Positions 1 to 8,049 of a stretch of DNA of 30,644 nt are shown one piece after another. A program made the translations under genes and the position numbers. Location: the IMG/VR virus record IMGVR_UViG_3300025723_001334, positions 1-30,644 of that record; one strand, 5' to 3'. Within the stretch, counting starts at the first letter, position 1. The number at the start of each line of letters is the position of its first letter. Source of the DNA: a virus (Duplodnaviria > Caudoviricetes). The notes under the pieces were generated by a model, which worked only from the letters and a program-made list of their open reading frames with translations, made no database searches and was not told the DNA's origin.

Positions 1-2
1 CC

Positions 3-1925
3 CGAGCAGCTGGATTGACACATGCTCGGTATTCACTTGGAAGACCAATTGATTATATGCCAGGTGTTATTGCAATGCCTTTGGAATTTAGAAGTGAAGT
101 TTATCCAGGAGAAGTTGTTAAAATGGGTGAACCAGGGGTAACCATTGCACATCCTAGAAATGACGATGTGACAGAAGGCTCTCGCTACAATGCAGACGGT
201 TCTCCAAAGAATGTAGGATTAAAGGCCGCACAAAAGTTTGGCAAAGAACAAGACAAGAAAACAGCACTGCATCATTTTGCTAAAGGTGCGGCTAAAGATG
301 ATTTGAGTAAATTCAAAAAAGATAAAGAGCCGGGTGTGACAGAAGGCAGTATGTCTGCTGCTGCACATCATTCATCTGGCGCTAAATTTGGCGGATACTA
401 TAAAGGCACACAAAAGGGTGCTCCACGTCCAGGACAAGGCGTTGGCTCTATGGAAGAGTCTATCAGTTTAAATACCACAGTAAAAGCTATTGCCAATGAT
501 ATAGGCGAACCAATCACTAGTCTGTATGCTACATTAAAGAAAATGGCTAAACAATACTATGCCAACCACGGTGATCTAAAAGGGTTTGGTTTAGCAGCAG
601 CTGGTGTCGGCAGTCGTTGGTACCAAACTTATTATGTTAATAAAATGCAAACAGACTTGTATGACTTGACTAGACAAAGCCCAACACATGCTGCTGAATT
701 GAAGAATTTTCTTCGTGGTAAAATGGTAAAAGATAGTATAGTTATACCCAAGAGCTTTGGAGAAATCAATAAAGAGCTTCCTGAAATTCTTGCTAGAATG
801 GGTACTAAAATGGGTGCCGAGTCGCTGGCTAGAAATGCTAAATCTTGGGTTCATAATAAACACGACTACGAGGATTTCGTTGACAAGTTGCTTATGGGCA
901 AAGATGACGATGATGAGCAACACTCCGATGCAGCAAGTAATGTCGGGGACAAAATTGCCTTACTAGGAAAGCAACGAAATCACGCAGAAGAAATTGTTAA
1001 TGACGTATTACGTAAACTTCCTTCAAATATATCAGGTGAAATACGCAATGCTATTGCACGTAAGCCAAATAAACTTTTAGCATTGCAACAGGAATTGAAT
1101 AATCGTAATATCAAAGCTCCTATGGAAGAAGGCATTGCCGGTAACATGACAGTACGTTCTGATCCCTTAACTAAATTAAAGCAACCTAAGGATTTAAAAA
1201 TGAAACAGGCTGATCCTTTCAAAGGTATGCCTAATCGTAATGCACTGGTAAGCGCACAAGCAAAAAACAATCCTGTTGCCAAATTTGCGCAGTCAGTGGC
1301 CAAAGGTTCAGGTTCACATAAAAATACATCACTCAATGTTAAGAAAGGTAAATTGCGTGATATTAAGCACAAGGGAAAAATTGACTTCACTGAGTCTACA
1401 AATTTTTTAACATGGGCAATGTCTTCAGGTTATAATGTTACTGCTAATCCTGCTGTTTATGAAACTGCTAAACATGAATATAATTTATTATTAGCAGAAT
1501 CAAAAAAAAAAATTAAAGAAGACGCAGGACCAATAGCACCACATGAAACTTATTATGGTGATATAGATGAATCTGGAAAATATACGCACCAAGCTGTTAT
1601 AGTTGACAAAGATGGTAATTTGGTTAATCAAACTTCATTTCAAGCTAAAAATGATAAACAAGCTAAGAAATTGGCCAAGAATAGAATTAAATTCTTAAAA
1701 CCTGGATTTGGAAAAAATTTAAAATTACAAAGTGTTAACCACATAGAGGAAGATGAAGACCGTTTACATCCTGGAGAATATTATTTGTGGCGAGTTTATT
1801 TTGACGATGGGTCAAACAAACTAATCAAAGTTAAAAGAAATGATTTTGATCCTGCGGCATATTACGCTAAAAAGAATAAAGTGGTAATAAATGTAGATTA
1901 TAATTGGGAACCACATAATGGATAA
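3..1925 (+). CDS. Large low-complexity hypothetical protein, probable head-internal protein (5' truncated)
   Basis: Frame is open from the window start, so TTG at 15 is not necessarily the start. Lys/Gly-rich modules are separated by recurrent hydrophobic-x-E motifs (VTEG x2, MEES, MEEG, FTES, LAES, IKED, IEED) resembling T4 gp21-type prohead protease sites. Confidence 0.6.
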   Translation, partial: RAAGLTHARYSLGRPIDYMPGVIAMPLEFRSEVYPGEVVKMGEPGVTIAHPRNDDVTEGSRYNADGSPKNVGLKAAQKFGKEQDKKTALHHFAKGAAKDDLSKFKKDKEPGVTEGSMSAAAHHSSGAKFGGYYKGTQKGAPRPGQGVGSMEESISLNTTVKAIANDIGEPITSLYATLKKMAKQYYANHGDLKGFGLAAAGVGSRWYQTYYVNKMQTDLYDLTRQSPTHAAELKNFLRGKMVKDSIVIPKSFGEINKELPEILARMGTKMGAESLARNAKSWVHNKHDYEDFVDKLLMGKDDDDEQHSDAASNVGDKIALLGKQRNHAEEIVNDVLRKLPSNISGEIRNAIARKPNKLLALQQELNNRNIKAPMEEGIAGNMTVRSDPLTKLKQPKDLKMKQADPFKGMPNRNALVSAQAKNNPVAKFAQSVAKGSGSHKNTSLNVKKGKLRDIKHKGKIDFTESTNFLTWAMSSGYNVTANPAVYETAKHEYNLLLAESKKKIKEDAGPIAPHETYYGDIDESGKYTHQAVIVDKDGNLVNQTSFQAKNDKQAKKLAKNRIKFLKPGFGKNLKLQSVNHIEEDEDRLHPGEYYLWRVYFDDGSNKLIKVKRNDFDPAAYYAKKNKVVINVDYNWEPHNG

Positions 1926-1998
1926 TTATCCAGTATATCCCGAACAAGAAGAAGGTGATGACAGTGATTACAAACGTAATCCCTATGCGCCAACATAA
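1918..1998 (+). CDS. 26-aa micro-ORF (MDNYPVYPEQEEGDDSDYKRNPYAPT)
   Basis: ATG 1918 overlaps the end of the upstream gene and TAA 1996-1998 lies 2 nt before the next ATG. It fills the gap exactly and is missing from the ORF track. Confidence 0.55.
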   Translation: MDNYPVYPEQEEGDDSDYKRNPYAPT

Positions 1999-2000
1999 TC

Positions 2001-2483
2001 ATGCTTATAAATGAAATCTTAAAAGAAGCTCAGCTAATAGTGGATGTACCAAATGAACATTGGTTACAGGACAAAATTGACTATTCCAAAAGCAAAAGGA
2101 AAAATTCGTATGGTGTGCCGTATATGGACGCTACAACAGCATATATGAAATCAAACGATTTTGTCGAAGTACCATTACATATATTAAGACATATTCCAGG
2201 CGCTAGGGGTGAACAAAGTGCAGTTCGTCAAGATGATCTCGACAGTATTATGAAGATTATGAATAGCACTGGTAAACTTCCATTGTTATCCTCTGGAGAA
2301 GAATATTATCCATTGATATGTGTAGCATGGGATGGTTCTGCTTGGGTATATGAAGGTAATCATAGAATAATGGCAGCAGATAAATTAGGATGGAAATCAT
2401 TGAAAGTACAAGTTAAATATTTTGACGGAGGCGAGCGACAAAAAGAAGGCCTTATGTATCCGTCTAAAATTGGATTAGCATAG
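2001..2483 (+). CDS. ParB/Sulfiredoxin-like domain protein
   Basis: YPLICVAWDGSAWVYEGNHRIMAADKLGWKSLKVQV matches the ParB-N GxHR signature. N-terminal MLINEILKEA leader. Confidence 0.7.
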   Translation: MLINEILKEAQLIVDVPNEHWLQDKIDYSKSKRKNSYGVPYMDATTAYMKSNDFVEVPLHILRHIPGARGEQSAVRQDDLDSIMKIMNSTGKLPLLSSGEEYYPLICVAWDGSAWVYEGNHRIMAADKLGWKSLKVQVKYFDGGERQKEGLMYPSKIGLA

Positions 2484-2486
2484 AAA

Positions 2487-2586
2487 GGACATAAGAACCC
2501 TGCCTTAGGGACGTTTGATGCTACGGTAAAGGTGTCCGCGCAATTGAACTGCTCCGCGTAGTGAGCCGGGAGATAAAGTAACTCCC
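2487..2586 (+). ncRNA. Candidate structured RNA (unknown family)
   Basis: GC-rich intergenic stretch with several pairings: GGACAT 2487-92/GTGTCC 2532-37, CCCT-gcctt-AGGG 2498-2510, CTACG 2521-25/CGTAG 2557-61, GGGAG 2568-72/CTCCC 2582-86. Confidence 0.4.
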
Positions 2587-2624
2587 TATTAACTCTCATG
2601 GTTAGCCAAAAAATTACAAATCAG

Positions 2625-2653
2625 TTGACACTGCGACTCGCAGATGCTATCAT
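2625..2653 (+). promoter_or_regulatory. Sigma70-type promoter with palindromic spacer
   Basis: TTGACA 2625-30, 17 nt, (TGc)TATCAT 2648-53. The spacer holds the perfect inverted repeat CTGCGA-c-TCGCAG 2631-43. Confidence 0.7.
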
Positions 2654-2658
2654 TAAAT

Positions 2659-4026
2659 ATGACATTAAAATCTACTAAAAGAATTGGCATGTTAGTTGCC
2701 CGAAACAACTTTGTTTATCGAGGAGTTGGTGCTTACGCCAAAAGCATTATCGATTGGGCGTTGGGCGAGGGATATTGTATTGATATTATTTCAGATGCTC
2801 CTGTACGCAGCAATGGGTTATTTGAACGTTACGAAGGCAAGGTACAATGGATAACTCCAAAAGATTATATTGAAGATAAAATTTATAAGGAATTATCTTC
2901 TTTTTCAAAACCATTTGATATCGTATTAAGTTTAAATTTTCGTAATGCATTAGTTGAAGCATTGCGTAAACATACCTACGATTTAATTATCACTAATGTA
3001 GGTGAAGCATTAGATGCTGTTACCAGTATTGGTGTACACAAATATTGTAAAGTATTACATCCTACACATCATGAATCCGAAGCAGGAGTTAAAGTATTAC
3101 ACGACATTTATTCACCAGGTGTAGCTGATATTAATAGATCCTTATGTAATTTACCTGATGTATATCTTGCTTGTCAAAGTACGTGGGTATTGGATAATGC
3201 CAAAATTCAATATAATCGCAAGGATGAGTCAGAGATGTTGATTATATCTCCTTTAATTCCCGAACCAGAATTACTTAACTTCGACACATTACCTAGTGAA
3301 CGCTGGGGTGTTGGATTTATAGGACCCTGGGAGCCACGTAAGAATCCTGAAGCATACATCAATGCACTTAAAAAATCAGGATTACCCGGAGTGGTATTAG
3401 TACCATCTAGTACATCTGCTAAGAAATTTAAGGAACGTTTTGAAAATGAAGGTATCGAATACAAAATATATGTAGGTGTTACTGCAGAAGAAAAAACAAA
3501 AATCATACAAAGTTTAGCTGCCGCATATCACCCGGCTGTTAGTGAAACATTTGGGTTAGGTGCGTTAGAAACTGCACATAGTTGCCCAACTATACTTTTA
3601 AAGAAAAATGACTGGAGTATAGCACATAGTGATTATGCTATTATTATTGATGAAAGCGATGTAGCTGACACTCTTAAAGAAGTATATGGACAAGGTGTTT
3701 CACATGAACTGCAACAATACTTGACTCATAGAGATATTGCAATACGTAAAAAATTAAATGTATTAACTGAAAGAGAAAAAATCAATAAGATTCCAAAAAA
3801 TAATTTTTATAGTTTATTGGATAAGGAAGGATTGATTAAACATGAAGATTTTACTTCTGCACAAGCAACCTTTTGTACAGATGAAATTTATAAAGTCCTT
3901 AAAATTCCCACAATAGAAACTGTAGAAATATTACATAGCTATAATCAAACATACTACAGAACTAAAGGTAGCAATATGTTACCTAATGAAACCGATAATC
4001 CCGGTAGTTTGTTTGACTTTGATTAA
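2659..4026 (+). CDS. GT-B fold (GT4-like) glycosyltransferase
   Basis: N-terminal GVGAY loop, FIGPWEPRKNP and ETFGLGALE (ExFGxxxxE) motifs. Start moved to ATG 2659 because ATG 2644 lies within the promoter. C-terminus is GSLFDFD. Confidence 0.8.
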   Translation: MTLKSTKRIGMLVARNNFVYRGVGAYAKSIIDWALGEGYCIDIISDAPVRSNGLFERYEGKVQWITPKDYIEDKIYKELSSFSKPFDIVLSLNFRNALVEALRKHTYDLIITNVGEALDAVTSIGVHKYCKVLHPTHHESEAGVKVLHDIYSPGVADINRSLCNLPDVYLACQSTWVLDNAKIQYNRKDESEMLIISPLIPEPELLNFDTLPSERWGVGFIGPWEPRKNPEAYINALKKSGLPGVVLVPSSTSAKKFKERFENEGIEYKIYVGVTAEEKTKIIQSLAAAYHPAVSETFGLGALETAHSCPTILLKKNDWSIAHSDYAIIIDESDVADTLKEVYGQGVSHELQQYLTHRDIAIRKKLNVLTEREKINKIPKNNFYSLLDKEGLIKHEDFTSAQATFCTDEIYKVLKIPTIETVEILHSYNQTYYRTKGSNMLPNETDNPGSLFDFD

Positions 4027-4092
4027 CATAGCCAAACTTATTATCTAGTATCAAAATTTAATTTATAATAGTAACTTACAAAGGAGAATTAT

Positions 4093-4353
4093 ATGTCAGA
4101 CAGAATGTTTTCAGGCGAACAAACTAAAAAACTCGAATCAATGATTAACGAAGGTATGCAGGTTATGATGGAAATCGAAACCCTTACAGGCGGATTAAAT
4201 GACACAGTAAAAGCAATCGCTGAAGAATTAGAAATTAAACCAGGTATCCTTAAAAAAGCAATCCGTTTAGCACATAAAGCTGAATTTGGGCGTGAACAAC
4301 AAGATCACGAACTGTTGGAAACTATTTTGACACAGGTCGGTAAAACACTCTAA
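4093..4353 (+). CDS. T4 DsbA/GapR-like small dsDNA-binding protein
   Basis: 86-aa helical protein with the pattern LNDTVKAIAEELEIKPGILKKAIRLAHK. Strong AAGGAG RBS; located next to the polymerase. Confidence 0.6.
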   Translation: MSDRMFSGEQTKKLESMINEGMQVMMEIETLTGGLNDTVKAIAEELEIKPGILKKAIRLAHKAEFGREQQDHELLETILTQVGKTL

Positions 4354-4436
4354 ATTTTAGAATGTGGCAGTAAGAGTCGTTCACTCACGAACATGAAGAA
4401 TGGTATAGTGAGCCATAAATCACGCTGGAGAAGTAT

Positions 4437-4586
4437 ATGAATGAAGAATTCGTACAATGCGACGATTGTTTTAACCCTGATGCTTGTATTACACTATGTA
4501 GCATCAAAGAATATTTTAAAGAAAATACTAACATAGCAGAACAACGTGACGAAACCCCAGAGCAACTTTGGGGGAATACAGAATGA
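4437..4586 (+). CDS. 49-aa Cys-rich micro-protein (CxxC-x5-CxxxC)
   Basis: GGAG RBS at 4427-30. Translation MNEEFVQCDDCFNPDACITLCSIKEY...WGNTE. Its stop overlaps the polymerase start (ATGA 4583-86). Not in the ORF track. Confidence 0.6.
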   Translation: MNEEFVQCDDCFNPDACITLCSIKEYFKENTNIAEQRDETPEQLWGNTE

Positions 4587-7240
4587 GTTACGTTGATGCA
4601 CTATATTCACGGGACGCAGATCGTATTCATGTAGTAGAACGTGTCGATGGCAAGAGAGTTTATAAAGAATATCCTGCCAATTACATTTATTATTATGATG
4701 ATCCCAGAGGTAAGTTTCAGTCAATATATGGAACTCCTGTATCTAGATTCTCAACACGCAATGTAAAAGAATTCAGAAAAGAAATTGCAATGCAACAAGG
4801 CAGACAACTATACGAATCTGACATCAATCCTATATTTCGTTGTTTAGAGGAAAACTATAAAAATAAAGATGCTCCGACATTACATGCAGCATTTTTCGAT
4901 ATTGAAGTTGACTTCCATAAAGAAAAAGGATTCTCACCAACTTCGGATCCATTTAACGCAATTACAGCCATATCAGTTTATCTACAATGGATTGACCAAC
5001 TAGTTACATTGGTAATTCCGCCTACGCACATGAGTATGGAAACAGCACAAGAAATTGCGACTGATTTTGAAAATACCATTATATTCAGTGACGAAGCAGA
5101 AATGCTTAAAACATTTTTAGATTTGATCGAAGATGCAGATGTACTATCAGGGTGGAATTCAGAGGGGTATGATATTCCATACACCGTCAATCGTATTACT
5201 CGTGTGTTAAGCAAAGACGATACTAGACGTCTTTGCTTATGGGGCCAGTATCCTAAGTCGCGTGACTTTGAAAGATTTGGTGCTACAAATTCAACATATG
5301 ATTTAGTTGGACGAGTGCATATGGACTATATGCAGTTATATCGACAATATACCTATGAAGAGCGGCATAGTTACAGCTTAGATGCCATTGCTGAATACGA
5401 ATTAGGCGAGCATAAAACTCAATATGAAGGTACGTTGGATCAATTATATAATCAAAACTTTAAAAAGTTCATTGAATATAATAGACAAGATACAATGATT
5501 CTTAATAAACTTGATACTAAATTGAAGTTTTTAGATTTGGCTAATGAATTAGCACATGCAAATACTGTGCCATTACAAAAAACTATGAGCGCAGTTGCAG
5601 TGACAGAGCAGGCTATTATTAATGAAGCGCATGATCGTGGATTGGTAGTTCCTAATCGCAAACTACGCTCATCTGACGATGATACAGCAGCCGCAGGTGC
5701 ATACGTTGCATATCCTAAAAAAGGAATGCACGAATGGATAGGTGCTGTAGATATTAACAGTCTATATCCTTCAGCTATTCGTGCATTAAACATGGGAATG
5801 GAAACAGTCGTAGGTCAATTGCGGCCGATTATGACTGATAGATATATTGATGAACAAATGGCCAAAGGAAAAAGCGCAGCAGCAGCCTGGGAAGGTTTAT
5901 TTGCTTCATTAGAATATACTGCGGTTATGGAGCAACAACGTGGTACTGAGATTACGATCGATTGGCAAGGAGGAGACAAATCAATACATTCTGCCGCAGA
6001 GATATGGAGCATGATTTTTGACAATAATCAACCATGGATGTTAACTGCCAATGGTACTATAGTTACATATGAACGTAAGGGAGTGGTACCAGGACTGTTA
6101 GAGCGTTGGTATGCAGAACGTAAGGAATTACAAGCTAAAAAGAAAGAAGCTACTGATCCTAAAGATATTGCGTTTTGGGATAAGCGTCAGTTAGTTAAGA
6201 AAATTAACTTGAACAGTTTATATGGTGCTATTTTAAATCCTCACTGTAGATTCTTTGACAAGCGTATTGGGCAGTCAACTACACTAACTGGACGCAGTAT
6301 TGCCATTCATATGGCCAGCTATATCAATGAATGTATAACCGGTGTTAAAGATCCTATAGGCGATGCTATTGTATACGGTGACACAGACTCTTGTTACTTT
6401 ACAGCGTGGACTGCTATTAAAGATGAAGTTGCTAAAGGTACAATGACTTGGAATAAAGAAATGTGCATACAACTTTATGACAATGTCGCTGATCAAGTTA
6501 ACGCATCGTTCCCTGCATTTATGGAACAGGCCTTTCATTGCCCACGTGAAGCTGGCGAGCTAATCAAAGCAGGTCGAGAATTAATTGCCACAAATGGTTT
6601 GTTTATTACTAAAAAACGTTATGCTGTATTAATTTTCGACTTAGAAGGAAAACGATTAGATATTGACGGCAAGCCAGGTAAAATTAAAGCTATGGGGTTA
6701 GATTTAAAGCGTAGCGACACTCCCAAAGTGATGCAAGAGTTTTTATATGAAATTCTCGAAAAAGTACTCACAGGAACGGAACGAGAAGAAATTATTGAAC
6801 GTATACGTGAATTTAAGTATGAGTTTAAGGAACGTCCAGCTTGGGAAAAGGGTACTCCTAAAAGAGTTAATAACTTGACATCATACACTAAGAAAGAACT
6901 AGCTGAAGGCAAAGCTAATTTACCCGGACATGTTCGTGCCGCATTAAACTGGAATAACTTACGCAGAATGAATAGCGATAACTATTCCATGGCAATAGTA
7001 GATGGTATGAAAACTATTGTATGCAAGTTAAAAACTAATCCTTTAGGATGGAGTAGCATTGGTTATCCAACTGATGAACAACGTCTTCCCGCTTGGTTTA
7101 AGGAATTACCATTTGACGATAGCTTGATGGAAGCTACCATCGTTGATCAAAAAATTGACAATTTATTGAGTGTATTGAATTGGGATTTAGCAAGTGCTAC
7201 CAATACAGAAAATACTTTTCAATCATTATTCGAATTTTAA
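4583..7240 (+). CDS. polB: Family B DNA polymerase (T4 gp43-like) with 3'-5' exonuclease
   Basis: ExoI FFDIEVD, ExoII GWNSEGYDIPY, ExoIII YNRQD; motif A DINSLYPS, motif B KKINLNSLYG, motif C YGDTDS; KKRY. Start at ATG 4583 (MSYVDAL). Confidence 0.97.
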   Translation: MSYVDALYSRDADRIHVVERVDGKRVYKEYPANYIYYYDDPRGKFQSIYGTPVSRFSTRNVKEFRKEIAMQQGRQLYESDINPIFRCLEENYKNKDAPTLHAAFFDIEVDFHKEKGFSPTSDPFNAITAISVYLQWIDQLVTLVIPPTHMSMETAQEIATDFENTIIFSDEAEMLKTFLDLIEDADVLSGWNSEGYDIPYTVNRITRVLSKDDTRRLCLWGQYPKSRDFERFGATNSTYDLVGRVHMDYMQLYRQYTYEERHSYSLDAIAEYELGEHKTQYEGTLDQLYNQNFKKFIEYNRQDTMILNKLDTKLKFLDLANELAHANTVPLQKTMSAVAVTEQAIINEAHDRGLVVPNRKLRSSDDDTAAAGAYVAYPKKGMHEWIGAVDINSLYPSAIRALNMGMETVVGQLRPIMTDRYIDEQMAKGKSAAAAWEGLFASLEYTAVMEQQRGTEITIDWQGGDKSIHSAAEIWSMIFDNNQPWMLTANGTIVTYERKGVVPGLLERWYAERKELQAKKKEATDPKDIAFWDKRQLVKKINLNSLYGAILNPHCRFFDKRIGQSTTLTGRSIAIHMASYINECITGVKDPIGDAIVYGDTDSCYFTAWTAIKDEVAKGTMTWNKEMCIQLYDNVADQVNASFPAFMEQAFHCPREAGELIKAGRELIATNGLFITKKRYAVLIFDLEGKRLDIDGKPGKIKAMGLDLKRSDTPKVMQEFLYEILEKVLTGTEREEIIERIREFKYEFKERPAWEKGTPKRVNNLTSYTKKELAEGKANLPGHVRAALNWNNLRRMNSDNYSMAIVDGMKTIVCKLKTNPLGWSSIGYPTDEQRLPAWFKELPFDDSLMEATIVDQKIDNLLSVLNWDLASATNTENTFQSLFEF

Positions 7241-7271
7241 CATTATTTTGCCACAAATAGTTTCAAAACAT

Positions 7272-7301
7272 TTGTAAAGGCCTAAATAGTTTTGCTATAC
7301 T
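7272..7301 (+). promoter_or_regulatory. Sigma70-type promoter with nested TAAATA late-type motif
   Basis: TTGTAA 7272-77, 18 nt, TGcTATACT with the -10 at 7296-7301. CTAAATA at 7282-88. Confidence 0.55.
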
Positions 7302-7323
7302 GTTTATATTATAAGGAAATAAA

Positions 7324-8046
7324 ATGAGGGATTATCTTTTAGACTTAGTAAGTCACACAAACGAATTAGAATGTATTACACAAGTTCGTATGGTCGGAAC
7401 TGCCACTGAAACAAATTTCAATGCGTTAGCTGACGATCGTTCAGTTATTTTAGAAGGTGGATTAATTAATCCAGTGTCAGATTTTATTGGCACATTTGGT
7501 ATGCCAGACTTGACAAAACTTAAAATCTTGTTAAACATTCAAGAATATAAAGAAGACGCCAAGTTATCTATTACACGCAGAGATCCTACATCTCCTGAAC
7601 AATTAATTTTTGAAAATAAATCAGGTGACTTTAAAAATAGTTATAGATTTATGGCAGAAGGTACTGTCAATGAAAAAATTAAACCTCCTAAGTTCAAAGG
7701 TGTTAAATGGAATATTGAGTTTGAACCTAGCACAGCCGCTATCATGCGTTTGAAAATGCAAGCAAGCGCCAATGCTGAAGAACCTAATTTTCAAGCTAAG
7801 ACTGAAGATGGACATTTGAAATTTTTCTTCGGTGATCACAGCACACATGCTGGCAACTTTGTATTCCAACATGATGTAGGCGGAGAACTTAAACGTGCAT
7901 GGGCATGGCCAGTTAAATCTGTTATTAGTATTTTAGATTTGGCCGGCGACAAAATTATGCGTATCAGTGATGAAGGTGCGGCACAAATTATTGTTAACTC
8001 TGGTTTAGCTGTTTATACATACACACTTCCTGCACAGACAAAGTAA
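7324..8046 (+). CDS. Probable sliding clamp (gp45/PCNA-like)
   Basis: 240 aa, two-domain alternating beta/alpha pattern, directly downstream of polB, ends in a PCNA-like terminal strand (VYTYTLPAQ). No diagnostic catalytic motif, so this is inferred. Confidence 0.55.
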   Translation: MRDYLLDLVSHTNELECITQVRMVGTATETNFNALADDRSVILEGGLINPVSDFIGTFGMPDLTKLKILLNIQEYKEDAKLSITRRDPTSPEQLIFENKSGDFKNSYRFMAEGTVNEKIKPPKFKGVKWNIEFEPSTAAIMRLKMQASANAEEPNFQAKTEDGHLKFFFGDHSTHAGNFVFQHDVGGELKRAWAWPVKSVISILDLAGDKIMRISDEGAAQIIVNSGLAVYTYTLPAQTK

Positions 8047-8049
8047 TCA

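Noticed and set aside
4583-7240. Intein or intron in polB
   Set aside because: The length is normal. The segment between motifs A and B lacks intein terminal or LAGLIDADG motifs.
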